From sequence record PZ445448.1: a stretch of DNA of 64,000 nt; one strand, written 5' to 3'. This DNA is from a phage. Under the pieces are notes generated by a model that saw nothing but the letters and a program-made list of their open reading frames with translations, ran no database searches and was not told the DNA's origin. Shown piece by piece: positions 30,834 through 40,773 of the stretch. Within the stretch, counting starts at the first letter, position 1. Every line of letters begins with the position of its first letter. The translations under genes and the position numbers were made by a program.

Positions 30834-31228
30834 TGATTACAGGTGTGAAGATTATCCAATACCACTTAACCAAATTGGAAGATGCTGAAAAAGAGCTTGC
30901 AGAAGTTCTGAATAGTGGATATACTTTGCTATCATGCGCCTGCTCAGACACATACGCTGTGTGGACACTTATCCGGAAGGAAGAGCCTGCGGGGATCTTG
31001 GTGCCAAACCCTAAGATCATTAGTGAGGTGGATGACTACGCTCAGGACGGCCTGCCAGAAGGCTGGGAAGTATGGGAAGGTGGTGAAAACCCTGCACCAG
31101 GTAAGTGGGTAAAATACAAACTGCGTAGTGGCGCACAGTACGCTGACTATTCTGATGACCTGGACTGGAGTCATTCTTCACCAGAATCATCTGCAAGTTC
31201 CTATGATATCATAGCTTTTAAGGAATAA
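30833..31228 (+). CDS. hypothetical protein (131 aa)
   Basis: ATG after GGAGG; TGATG overlap. Confidence 0.5.
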   Translation: MITGVKIIQYHLTKLEDAEKELAEVLNSGYTLLSCACSDTYAVWTLIRKEEPAGILVPNPKIISEVDDYAQDGLPEGWEVWEGGENPAPGKWVKYKLRSGAQYADYSDDLDWSHSSPESSASSYDIIAFKE

Positions 31229-31240
31229 GGAGAAGGTGGT

Positions 31241-31723
31241 ATGTCAGATTTTATGTGGAAAGTTGGTTATTCCTCCCCTGAAATGTGTAAGGCCTGTTTT
31301 GTGAAAATAGGTCGCGAGGATATCGACAAAGTGATTCTTAAGTTTCGTGATGTGGCTGTAATCGGCAACCGAGTGCTTAAGCACTTAAAGAATCTGAAGC
31401 TCACCAAAAAGAAGTTCTTTGGACTTTTCGAAGAGAAGGTTGATGCTTGGACCCATTGCATTCAGGAAGCTAAATCTCACTACAGTGCTATCATTACCCC
31501 AGAACGGGTAGCCAAGATGGAAGGATTCATAAACAGCACAGAGTTTGAGTGCCTGAAAGCTGCACTTGATAGTTATCCGAAATGCCTCAAGCACTTGGAC
31601 AAGTATGTAGAAAAGGATGGGGAAATGTACCTAACCCTGGACGCATATTATGAGATGCAAGAAATTTTAAATTTAGATTTGACATTGGTATCCACCGAGT
31701 ATACAATAGGTATCCGGGTTTAA
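31241..31723 (+). CDS. hypothetical protein (160 aa)
   Basis: ATG after AAGGAGAAGGTGG. Confidence 0.5.
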   Translation: MSDFMWKVGYSSPEMCKACFVKIGREDIDKVILKFRDVAVIGNRVLKHLKNLKLTKKKFFGLFEEKVDAWTHCIQEAKSHYSAIITPERVAKMEGFINSTEFECLKAALDSYPKCLKHLDKYVEKDGEMYLTLDAYYEMQEILNLDLTLVSTEYTIGIRV

Positions 31724-31728
31724 CACTA

Positions 31729-31757
31729 GGCCCTGCCCGAAAGGGTGGGGCTTTTTG
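31729..31757 (+). terminator. rho-independent terminator (GNRA-loop hairpin), copy 1
   Basis: GCCCTGCCC-gaaa-GGGTGGGGC plus TTTTT; same hairpin recurs at 42709. Confidence 0.55.
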
Positions 31758-31774
31758 CATTAGGAGACAGCAAA

Positions 31775-32539
31775 TTGAAATTCATCTACAAAGAACACTA
31801 CCACAAAGGTGTTGTGTGGAGTCTATTTGACGGGTCTGGTGGTGCAGTTATTGACTGGGCAAAAGCTGGGTACCTGTGCCTGTGCTTTAATGCAGAAGGT
31901 GCTGACCACGGCAGTTATGCAGAGGTGATAACCGATCATCCTAACATTCACTATGTGGATTATTGGATTGACCCATGGTTCCCTCAGGAAACTTTTTGCA
32001 TGTATCCAGCTCCAGACTTTATTCTTGCATTTCCTCCGTGCACGCATTTAGCGGTATCAGGTGCTGCACATTTTAAGAAAAAGCTGGCTAAGGATCCTTT
32101 GATCCAAATTAATGCTGTAAAGGATGCTCGGGTTGCGGAAGAGTTGGGAGAGATTTACGATTGCCCGTGGCATGTAGAGAATCCTGTAGGGGTTATGTCC
32201 ACACTGTGGCGAAAACCTGATTACCGTTTTCATCCTTCGGATTATGGTGGGTATTTACCGGAGGATGATGTAAACCCCTGGTTTCCTGAATTTATAGCTC
32301 CACGTGATGCCTATCCAAAAATAACTTGCGGCTGGATAGGCAATGGATTTATAATCCCGGCCACAAAACCTGTCCCGCAAATAGTTGACGCGGTTAGCGG
32401 GTATTCCATGCAACACGCCAAGCTGGGTGGAAAGAGTGCAAGAACGAAGATGATCCGAAGCCTCACGCCACGTGGCTGGGCAAAAGCCGTATTCTTAGCA
32501 AACGAGCCTGTAGTAAGGAGCAGAATTAATGGGAAGTAA
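31775..32539 (+). CDS. putative DNA (cytosine-5)-methyltransferase, orphan
   Basis: TTG start after AGGAGACAGC; motif I-like LFDGSGG; PC-motif-like FPPCTHLAVSG; ENV-like HVENP; no adjacent nuclease. Confidence 0.5.
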   Translation: MKFIYKEHYHKGVVWSLFDGSGGAVIDWAKAGYLCLCFNAEGADHGSYAEVITDHPNIHYVDYWIDPWFPQETFCMYPAPDFILAFPPCTHLAVSGAAHFKKKLAKDPLIQINAVKDARVAEELGEIYDCPWHVENPVGVMSTLWRKPDYRFHPSDYGGYLPEDDVNPWFPEFIAPRDAYPKITCGWIGNGFIIPATKPVPQIVDAVSGYSMQHAKLGGKSARTKMIRSLTPRGWAKAVFLANEPVVRSRINGK

Positions 32540-34607
32540 ATTTATGGCATCTGCATACAACCGTTTCGGTGAGCCAAACCCGAAAGCAACTAAGTATAAA
32601 AGTGGGGGAAGTGTGAAACGAGACTATCGTGATGAAAAAGAGGTTGAAACTGTAGAGACTGTTTTAGAAAATACTAAAATTGTCCCTGTCCCACAACAAA
32701 ATATCGGTCTGATGGCTGCACAATATTTTGGTGTGCGATCAGCATTGTCACAAGAAGACGGTGTGACAGTCACTGCAACATATTTCCCATATTACGACCG
32801 CTACGGAAATCTGTCCGGTTTCAAAAAGCGTGACTGGACTATTCCTAAAGAACAAAGGGGCCACTTCTCCGTTGTTGGCATCGTAAAGGCCAACTCCCAG
32901 ATGTTTGGTCAAAAGCTGTGTGCATCTTCCAACAACCGTAAGCAGATTAACGTTTGTGAGGGAGAAGGTGATGTTATTGCAGCATGGCAGGCTGCATATC
33001 AGATACAAGTAAAAGGGATTCTCACCAACGCTAAAGCCCCGGCAAAGGTGAAGCAGTGGGCTAAAGAGGTCCAGGACGGGATCGACGCAGTTATCAACGG
33101 TGGTGATCTGGCAGGAAAACCCTGCCTGCCTTTTGTTGGAATTAACTGTGGATGTGCAAACGCAGTAGATACTTTTGCAAACAATGAGAAGTTTATCCGT
33201 AGCTATGGAACAGTTGTGCTGGCAATGGATAACGATGCAGCTAACGAGGTAGAGAAGCAAAAACACGTCATTAAAGGTGTTGAGGCCACGCACAATATCG
33301 CAGCATTTTTGATGGCTGATAACGTTTACCACGTAGAATACCCTGGTGAAGTAAATGACCCTGACGGGGTAAAAGATATCCGTGACATGCTGAAGGCTAA
33401 AAAGCTGGAAGATATTGTCAACATGTTCCGGCACCCTGTTAAATATGTGCCTGATGCTGTGTCGGATTTAGAAGACTTCTCTATCGAGTCTTTGCGGAAA
33501 AAGACTTCCAACGGGGTAGATATCAGCGCAGAGTTCCCAAAACTGCAAAAAATGCTAAAAGGCTTGCACAAAGGGACACTCGTAATGCTTACAGGGCCAT
33601 CAGGGGGCGGTAAAACAACTGTAGCTAAAAAACTGGAACATTGTATTGCAAGATACCTAATGGACCCGACATGCCCGAAGGCTGATGACTATGAAGAGGA
33701 TGATCGTCTATGTATGATCCATCTTGAGGAGGACCCAGAGGAAGCAATTAACTCCTTGTATGCAAACCAGTTAGGGTTTGATGTTAAAGAGTTTGTTGAA
33801 GATCCTAGCCAGTTTTTAACTGATCAAGAACACGCAGAGATTCACCAATCATGGGCAAAAGCTGGAAAAATCAAAGTGTTCAAACATTTCGGATCTATTC
33901 CGGTGGACGAGTTGATTACCAAGCTTAAGCAAATGGTTTGCCTGTACCATTGCCGTTATATTGTGCTGGATCACCTGTCCATGGTAATTTCAGGGCTTAA
34001 TGTTAAGGATGAGCGAAAAGAACTGGACATGGCTATGACTCAGCTGGCTGCGTTTTGTAAGCAGTTTAACGTGTTTATCTTGGTGATCGCTCACCTCAAA
34101 CGTACAGAGATTGTGCCTCCTAAGGACAAGGATGGTAACCCGTTACCTTTCTGGTATCCTGTGCGAAAAGAGAATTTGCGAGGATCGGCGGGGCTTGAAC
34201 AGTTGAGTTGGGTAGTCATAGGTGTCGAGGCCGAAGAAATGGTGGATCGTTCTCGTGGACGTGTCCGTCTGGTAGGTCTTAAAAACCGTCCAGCAAAAAC
34301 TCTAGGTATTGCTGACACTTTGGTTATGGACCCGCACACAGGTAAGTTCCATGATGCCAGTAATTGGTACTGGGACAAAGAAATGCAAATGTTTACAGAC
34401 GGAGAAGGTGGGGAGGTTGTTTGGAGACCTCAGGCTATGTTTGAGGATCAGGAGCATGCAGTTGTAGAAACACCTATGGGCAAGGTTGTGGCTGATAAGG
34501 TTGTAACTCCTACTGTTAAGCCTGTTGACACGCAGGAAGACCTCCAGTACGATGATCCATCCTCTGACCCGGTCCCTGGTTTTGAGGATGATGAAACGCC
34601 TTTTTAA
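32529..34607 (+). CDS. DNA primase-helicase (TOPRIM plus DnaB-like)
   Basis: TOPRIM-like CEGEGDVIAAW and MDNDAANE; Walker A LTGPSGGGKTTV; RecA-like region IVLDHLSMV. Confidence 0.7.
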   Translation: MGSKFMASAYNRFGEPNPKATKYKSGGSVKRDYRDEKEVETVETVLENTKIVPVPQQNIGLMAAQYFGVRSALSQEDGVTVTATYFPYYDRYGNLSGFKKRDWTIPKEQRGHFSVVGIVKANSQMFGQKLCASSNNRKQINVCEGEGDVIAAWQAAYQIQVKGILTNAKAPAKVKQWAKEVQDGIDAVINGGDLAGKPCLPFVGINCGCANAVDTFANNEKFIRSYGTVVLAMDNDAANEVEKQKHVIKGVEATHNIAAFLMADNVYHVEYPGEVNDPDGVKDIRDMLKAKKLEDIVNMFRHPVKYVPDAVSDLEDFSIESLRKKTSNGVDISAEFPKLQKMLKGLHKGTLVMLTGPSGGGKTTVAKKLEHCIARYLMDPTCPKADDYEEDDRLCMIHLEEDPEEAINSLYANQLGFDVKEFVEDPSQFLTDQEHAEIHQSWAKAGKIKVFKHFGSIPVDELITKLKQMVCLYHCRYIVLDHLSMVISGLNVKDERKELDMAMTQLAAFCKQFNVFILVIAHLKRTEIVPPKDKDGNPLPFWYPVRKENLRGSAGLEQLSWVVIGVEAEEMVDRSRGRVRLVGLKNRPAKTLGIADTLVMDPHTGKFHDASNWYWDKEMQMFTDGEGGEVVWRPQAMFEDQEHAVVETPMGKVVADKVVTPTVKPVDTQEDLQYDDPSSDPVPGFEDDETPF

Positions 34608-34669
34608 TGTTTAACAAAGAGTGGGAGGGGTAGTACAACCGCCTCCCCTTTAAGGAGAACGTTTATACT

Positions 34670-37036
34670 ATGAGTATGTGGAATTTTGACTTTGAGGCCT
34701 CAGGTCTTCTGGACGAGGAAGATCTTTACTACCATTGTGGCCTGTTTAAAGAGTTGAATAAAAATAATTTTATGTTGTTTTTGCCTATCAATGATAGATC
34801 TCATTACAGTGAAGAGGAGGTTGAAAAAGCAAAACAATTTATGCTGGCAAAGCAAGATATCTATCCTAGCTGCTCTGTCCGTATTGCGGATTTCAGCCAG
34901 CTTGAATGGTGGTTAACCGGGAACTCCGATTGGTCACCCACATCATTAAGTTGTCACAACTGTTTTAGTTATGACTTTATCTTGATGGAGAAGCTGTCTG
35001 GTATTCATTTTGATATGTTCCGTGATCCCAAGTGTATGGGGACAATCAATAATCATCAGGTGAACCTGTTCGACACTCTGCCAATGAGTCGTATACTATG
35101 GCCCGACAGACCGTTACCTAAAGGATGCCCTGATTCTGTATACAATCCTGTTACAAAACGTATGCAGCAGGTAGGTCCTCATGGCCTAATGGCGTGGGGG
35201 TACGCTTTAGGAAACCAGAAGGTTAAAATTGATGACTGGAGAAATTTACCTCTGTGGAAGTATGTTGATCGTGTATTCGAGGACGTTATCATCCAGGAGC
35301 TGCTCTGGAAAGAGCTGGTAGCGGAATCAAAAGGTGTATTCTACGGCAAATCTGACATGCAGAACTTTATGTACGATCCAGCCAAAGAGAAGCCGAAAGG
35401 GTTCAAGAAGATTACCTGGAAGAATGCATTACGCCGAGGCATGCTGCAGCATTTCCTGATGGAGCTGCAGGCTCGACAGGGTGTGTATTTCGACATAGAT
35501 GGGGCTATTGCTTTACGTGACCGCTGCGATGCGTGGATGAAAGAGATCGCTGATCGTGTTGAACCACAACTTCCTTTAAAAGAGTTATCAATGTCTCAGC
35601 GGCCTAAGTTCCCTGAAAAGCCGTTTAACCAGGATGGGACAATCTCCAATAATGGTTGGAAATGGTTAAAAGACAAGCTTGGCTACCCTGTGGACATGAG
35701 TGCTTTAGAATTCAAAGCTCCTCCTAAGCGAGCATTTACCTCCACAGGAGATGTCAGTAAGATGGGGATAAAATGGTGTGAAGAGATGGGCTGTAAAGAC
35801 CCTGATAAGATGGCGGATTTCTTGAGGGGCTATATCAAGGGCACCTCCACACCACAACCTTTACCTAAAGAGCTAATGGATCAGGCAATAAGTGATCTAC
35901 AGCAGAAGCGAATGCCTGACTGCAAGATACCTATGAAAATCAGCAATCAGGACGATATTAAGCGATACCTGATCAGTGCTGGTTGGCTTCCGACAATGTG
36001 GAGAACTAAGGATGTAACTAAAGACAGCAAGAAGAAAGCTCTACCTGATGCAGATGTTGATGCACGAGTGTATGCATATATGGACGAGCTTTTAGAGTCA
36101 GAGTATTGTGACCTAATTATCAACTTCTGGAACAAAACTGATGCTAAGTTCCAGACAACCGTGCACAAGTTCCGAAGCTTTCCTAACTCCGAAAGGATTA
36201 AAAAGGAAGTATTCGGGAAAATACGTAGAAAAGCTAGGGCACTTATTACTTCTCCGCAACTGAAAGATACGTTTGGACACCTATGCCCGAATCTTGAAAA
36301 ATTGAACGGAGAGATGGCTAAAGATATCGTCTTGTGGTTATCATTGCGAAACCGCAGATCGGTCCTTGATCCAATCAAGGAGGATAAGGTTGATACTGGT
36401 CTTCTTAATCACCCACGTTTGAAGATTGACCATAAGCTTCCTGCTAAAAGTTCTGGATTAACAAACACTTCCCGACAGAAACATAGTATTTGTGCAAACA
36501 TGCCTAAACCATCTCCTAAAGTGGTTATGGGTAAAGAGATGCGTAGTCTGTGGGGTGTTCCTCCAGGATACTTTGAGATCGGTATTGACGGGTCCAACTT
36601 AGAGCAGCTTATCGGGGCTTGGGGTGCCTTTGAGTTCGACAACGGCCTGTATTACGATGTTGTAAGTAACGGGGACGCACACCAAAACAATGCTGAGGCA
36701 TATACAAAAGTAGCAGGTAGAGAGGTGTCTCGTAACGACGGTAAACCTATCACGTATGGGGTTATGTATGGGGCACAAAAAGATAAAGTTGCAGATATGC
36801 TGGACATCTCTCCAGAGTTGGGACAAAGGGTAATCGATGCACTCTGGGATGCCAACCCTGGTCTTAAGGGGCGTAAAGAAGATCTGGAGAAATTCTGGGA
36901 AGCAACGGGTAAGAAGTTTATCTACTCTTTTGATGGTCATGCTATCTGGACCCGATCTAAACACTCTTTACTTAATGCATACCAACAAAATGGCGGCGCA
37001 TCGTTGTGTGACTTAGTTGGGATACTCATGCACCAT
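34670..37036 (+). CDS. family A DNA polymerase, exon 1
   Basis: Exo I FDFEASGL, motif A IGIDGSNLEQL, motif B RNDGKPITYGVMYGAQ; ORF runs 21 codons into the intron to a stop at 37097-37099; exon end at U37036 inferred. Confidence 0.65.
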
Positions 37037-37935
37037 CAAATGGTGAAGCGTGGGTGGTACGATGAAGGTGTTCGTCGTATTATCTATTACCATAAATAAC
37101 ATTGTGGCTTCGTGCAGTGATGCACGTCGAAAACCTCTTTAATTGACGGGAAGGCTAAGTTGACTTTTACACCTAAACATGGTAAAAGCTCAATATGCTA
37201 ATCCGCAGCGAAGACTAAAGGGGTGTAGTTAAAATGGCTAGATCAGTTGAGTATCACGGATATACCGTGTTTGATGATGGAACAATACCTTTATCGAAAC
37301 GTGATCATACAACAATGTTTTGTTTTGATAATGGTCGAGGTTACCTTTGCGTAACCATGTTCATCGAGGGGAAGCAGTGCACAAAAGGTGTCCACCACTT
37401 GGTTGCTGAATGCTTTGTATCAAACCCTGATCCTGAAAGGCTCACATGGGTGAACCATAAGGACGGAAACAAATACAACAATGCATACTGGAACCTTGAA
37501 TGGACCACCCCTGGTGGAAATATCAAACACGCTTATGATAATGACCTCAGAGTAAGGCCAGTCGGTGAGTATAATGCCAACGCTGTACTGACCGAGGATG
37601 AGGTAACGGAGATTTGCGAACTGTTACAAAGTGGTTTACGACAATGCGAGATTAGGGATCTTGGGTATCCTTATGAGACGGTCAGAGCCATAAAGCAAAG
37701 AAGACAGTGGAAACATATCTCTAAAAACTACACCTGGTAGTAACGTTCAGAGACTATCGAAAGCATAGCGCCAACATAAATTGGTGCGAAGAAGCGAGTA
37801 GAGTAGACCAGCAAGTGCGGTCGAAATGGGAGGTGCCTTGGTAACAAGGTAGTGAGATAGTCCGATCCATACAGGAAACTGTATGGCTGTGCACGTAATG
37901 GTGCGGGGTAGCTTAACGACCTACCTGAACTATTG
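37037..37935 (+). mobile_element. group I intron carrying an HNH homing endonuclease ORF
   Basis: Candidate P1: exon ACCAU with intron GUGGU (37054-37058), U.G at the splice site; P7-like GACUAUC (37753) / GAUAGUC (37846); terminal G at 37935; splicing restores HDE and keeps frame. Confidence 0.55.
37234..37740 (+). CDS. HNH homing endonuclease (intron-encoded)
   Basis: HHLVAECF...WVNHKDGNKYNNAYWNLEW matches HNH_3-type signature; C-terminal helix-turn-helix-like segment. Confidence 0.65.
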   Translation: MARSVEYHGYTVFDDGTIPLSKRDHTTMFCFDNGRGYLCVTMFIEGKQCTKGVHHLVAECFVSNPDPERLTWVNHKDGNKYNNAYWNLEWTTPGGNIKHAYDNDLRVRPVGEYNANAVLTEDEVTEICELLQSGLRQCEIRDLGYPYETVRAIKQRRQWKHISKNYTW

Positions 37936-38289
37936 GATGAGTACCAACTTCAAGTCCCTGACACACCGAAGTATAAGACTGTGTACACCTTCGACACAAT
38001 CGAAGAACTGGAAGCATTTAAGGCAGAGCAGGAGGCCAAACTTCATGTGTTCGACGGTCATAAGTACAAAAAGGCACGCAAGGATGAGGACGGAAACGAA
38101 GTGGTTGACAGAGACGGAAACACGGTGTACGATCCTATCCTGAACGATGACGGAAAGCTTGAACTTATCTGGAGCCCTGTGGGTGAAATGGTGGTGCATT
38201 GCTTCTGGCAAGCTTCTAAAATGATGGGCGTCCCGTTCCAGATCACGGGTGAATACCTGTGTGGTCGTAATTGGGGTGATTGTCACTAA
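37936..38289 (+). CDS. family A DNA polymerase, exon 2 (C-terminal segment)
   Basis: Begins DEYQLQV, completing motif C (..LMHH|DEYQL); ends GRNWGDCH, like the T7/Pol I C-terminus (G.NW..H, recalled from memory); has no own ATG or RBS. Confidence 0.6.
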   Translation, partial: DEYQLQVPDTPKYKTVYTFDTIEELEAFKAEQEAKLHVFDGHKYKKARKDEDGNEVVDRDGNTVYDPILNDDGKLELIWSPVGEMVVHCFWQASKMMGVPFQITGEYLCGRNWGDCH

Positions 38290-38338
38290 TGTAAACTATC
38301 AACACATGGAAGTGTTGTTGAGCAAAGAGGAGACTTTT

Positions 38339-38623
38339 ATGGTAGTAGAACCAACAAAAACATTTACATCCATGACTATCCCTGTTATTATGCAGGTGGA
38401 GTGTGTTCAGGTATCTCAAGTGTGGCCAGGCACTAAAATCCCAACAGGGCCTGATTTCTTTCAGGTTGGGAAAGTGTACAATGTCTGGAAGGCACCAGAT
38501 TGTCACCCTTTCATTAAAGATGACCGTGGGATGCTGTGGTATCTTGGAAATGACTTGACACTGCACCTTGGGAATGCTATTATTGCAGTATTCAGACTTA
38601 ACAAGAAGGAGACCGATCAATGA
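38339..38623 (+). CDS. hypothetical protein (94 aa)
   Basis: ATG after GAGGAGACTTTT. Confidence 0.45.
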   Translation: MVVEPTKTFTSMTIPVIMQVECVQVSQVWPGTKIPTGPDFFQVGKVYNVWKAPDCHPFIKDDRGMLWYLGNDLTLHLGNAIIAVFRLNKKETDQ

Positions 38624-38847
38624 CGACTTTGGTTAAAGCCACCTTTGTAGAAGAAAAGATGACAGACATGTCATTCTTTAAAGAAGGAAAGACCTACGAG
38701 GTTTATTACGATAAAGCTCGTGCAAACAAAATGATTAAAGACGAGGAAGGGGTTGACTGGTATATCTCTCACCTGGCAAACGGTGAGTATCATATCTACG
38801 GAACCACTTTGCTTGCCAAGTTTGTAGTTGTTGAAGAGGACCTATGA
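38620..38847 (+). CDS. hypothetical protein (75 aa)
   Basis: ATGA-coupled ORF. Confidence 0.5.
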   Translation: MTTLVKATFVEEKMTDMSFFKEGKTYEVYYDKARANKMIKDEEGVDWYISHLANGEYHIYGTTLLAKFVVVEEDL

Positions 38848-39038
38848 AAGTAAAGTATCTTGCTGAAGGTATGAATAGGTATTTTACCCTTGGTGAAGAA
38901 TATTGGCCCTTTACAAACAACGGCGATGTCTACGTGAAAGATAATTTCGGCACGCCGTGGTTTCTGCACTCTAATGGGCTGGGATACTCCATTTACTGCG
39001 GTGCAGTGAACAACACAACTCTTGCAGAGTTCGTTTAG
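38844..39038 (+). CDS. hypothetical protein (64 aa)
   Basis: ATGA-coupled ORF. Confidence 0.5.
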   Translation: MKVKYLAEGMNRYFTLGEEYWPFTNNGDVYVKDNFGTPWFLHSNGLGYSIYCGAVNNTTLAEFV

Positions 39039-39048
39039 AGGAGGTAGG

Positions 39049-39420
39049 ATGTTAGTAAAAGGTACCCACACAGTCAAACAACGTATTGAAGTTGAGATTG
39101 ATGATTGTGAGCTGAAGCATATTTTACGGTCATGCTCCAACGTTTTGCTCCTTAGTATTCTTCAGGAGCGAGCGGAGAACGAGTTCTTAAATGCATTGGC
39201 AGGCCGTCCCGGTGACTTCTGTGTGCGTAAGCGTGGTGACAACAAGTCGTGGTTGTGGGAGATCGATGCCGACTGGGATTACCACAAAAATGAGGGTATA
39301 GATGAGCCTATTCGTGAACTGACGGACAAAGAGATTCAGATGTACAATGAAGTTTGTCATTGGGCAACACGCCAACAAATTTACCTAGACCCTGTGTGGC
39401 TGATTGAAAATAGTCGTTGA
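39049..39420 (+). CDS. hypothetical protein (123 aa)
   Basis: ATG after GAGGAGGTAGG. Confidence 0.5.
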   Translation: MLVKGTHTVKQRIEVEIDDCELKHILRSCSNVLLLSILQERAENEFLNALAGRPGDFCVRKRGDNKSWLWEIDADWDYHKNEGIDEPIRELTDKEIQMYNEVCHWATRQQIYLDPVWLIENSR

Positions 39421-39445
39421 CAAGAAGTAAGGTTAGATGTAAGAT
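39417..39445 (+). promoter_or_regulatory. sigma70-type promoter candidate (TTGACA-17-TAAGAT)
   Basis: Hexamers at 39417-39422 and 39440-39445, upstream of 39497 gene. Confidence 0.4.
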
Positions 39446-39496
39446 ACTCCTCACAAACAGAGTATTGATTGTTAAATAATTAAGGAGACCTCTAAG

Positions 39497-39751
39497 ATGA
39501 AAATCATGTTGAAACCAGAATGCGTTGCAAACGACCGAGCTTTTAAAGATTGCACACTTGGCGCTACTTATGAAGCAGAGTTTTGTGAGAACCCTTTGGT
39601 AAAAGCCCTTTTGGAAGAAGGGGCCCCTCTATCACAAGAAGAGCTTGATGAGCTGGAAAACTCAGCACAGTGCCTTACCTTTAAAGATGATGAAGGAGAC
39701 TCTGTCTGGTGCACTGTTAACGAAGTAGTTTTTGTAAAAACTGAACATTAA
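39497..39751 (+). CDS. hypothetical protein (84 aa), paralog of 39815-40075
   Basis: ATG after AAGGAGACC; shares AF(K/R)DCT and D..GD.V(W/F)CT motifs with the next gene. Confidence 0.5.
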   Translation: MKIMLKPECVANDRAFKDCTLGATYEAEFCENPLVKALLEEGAPLSQEELDELENSAQCLTFKDDEGDSVWCTVNEVVFVKTEH

Positions 39752-39754
39752 TAC

Positions 39755-39791
39755 TTGACAACAGCGATAGGACCTAATACAATGGTCCTAT
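39755..39791 (+). promoter_or_regulatory. promoter candidate (TTGACA-17-TACAAT) with dyad ATAGGACC/GGTCCTAT bracketing the -10
   Basis: TTGACA 39755-39760; TACAAT 39778-39783; perfect 8 bp inverted repeat arms 39767-39774 and 39784-39791. Confidence 0.45.
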
Positions 39792-39814
39792 CAAAACGAA
39801 AGGGGACCACAGCA

Positions 39815-40075
39815 ATGACCAAACAATATCAACGAATTAAAGCCAAGGTTAAGCCAGACTATCTAGAGAAGGACTCTGCTTTTCGGGACTGCACAGCTGA
39901 CAAAGTTTACACAGGGGCCGTCCTGTTGAACGATAAACTTGAAGTAGATGTGCTGGGTAAAGAGGCCGTTATCGAGGATGACAACGGTGACTGTGTTTTC
40001 TGCACCACACGAGAGCTAGAAGTCTTAGAATATTTCGGTGAAATCTTCAACTCCTTAGACGACGAGGAAGCGTGA
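39815..40075 (+). CDS. hypothetical protein (86 aa), paralog of 39497-39751
   Basis: ATG after AAAGGGGACC. Confidence 0.5.
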   Translation: MTKQYQRIKAKVKPDYLEKDSAFRDCTADKVYTGAVLLNDKLEVDVLGKEAVIEDDNGDCVFCTTRELEVLEYFGEIFNSLDDEEA

Positions 40076-40464
40076 TGAAAAATATTTGGGATATCGATAT
40101 CTTTGAAGCCTCTAAGCTTGACGGTGCTGATGGAGTGATTATGGTGTCTGATGGCAAGGCAACACTAACTTCCGGAGATATCATCTATGCCTTGGACGAG
40201 CTGGCGCTTCTGAAATCTACCGGTAACACTTTGGAGGAGCGTCTTCAAGGATTCGCTTTCAAAGAAGGTACAAATACAGCCATGATGTGCACCACACGGA
40301 CAGTTCAGGTTGGTAACGGTGTCTATATGATTATTGCTGTGTGTCCTAAATTCAGCAACGTCAACAAAGATGATGCTGACGCGGTCAACGATGTGGTTGT
40401 TCTCTTCGTGGGTGACGCTATGGCAGATCTGATGAATGCAGGAGAAGCAGCAAATGAAGACTGA
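40075..40464 (+). CDS. hypothetical protein (129 aa)
   Basis: ATG overlapping upstream stop (GTGATGA). Confidence 0.5.
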   Translation: MKNIWDIDIFEASKLDGADGVIMVSDGKATLTSGDIIYALDELALLKSTGNTLEERLQGFAFKEGTNTAMMCTTRTVQVGNGVYMIIAVCPKFSNVNKDDADAVNDVVVLFVGDAMADLMNAGEAANED

Positions 40465-40756
40465 AAACATCACCCCAGCAGGGTTCTTAAAAGTATACCG
40501 TGAACTGCTATATACTACAGAGGACAGTGTTCTAGAGTATCCAGAATATCTTTTGCTGTATAAGTATCTGCAGGAGGCTGGTGAAAATCTGCCAGTTAGT
40601 GCAGAAGGTGGTCCAAACTGGATATACAGCGCATGGAGAAAGGTTGACATTCTCCCAGACCCAGGTAAAGATATGGTAGTTTGGCAGCTTATCAACAACA
40701 TCGGGATTCCAATCTTTGATGAAGCTGTTAAAATCTATTTTGAACTTGACGATTAA
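40454..40756 (+). CDS. hypothetical protein (100 aa)
   Basis: ATG after GCAGGAGAAGCAGC. Confidence 0.5.
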   Translation: MKTENITPAGFLKVYRELLYTTEDSVLEYPEYLLLYKYLQEAGENLPVSAEGGPNWIYSAWRKVDILPDPGKDMVVWQLINNIGIPIFDEAVKIYFELDD

Positions 40757-40773
40757 TATCAGGAGACCTTAAG

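Noticed and set aside
34670-37099. Taking the 809 aa ORF as the complete DNA polymerase
   Set aside because: It lacks motif C and the Pol A C-terminus, both of which appear in the downstream start-less ORF; splicing explains this better.
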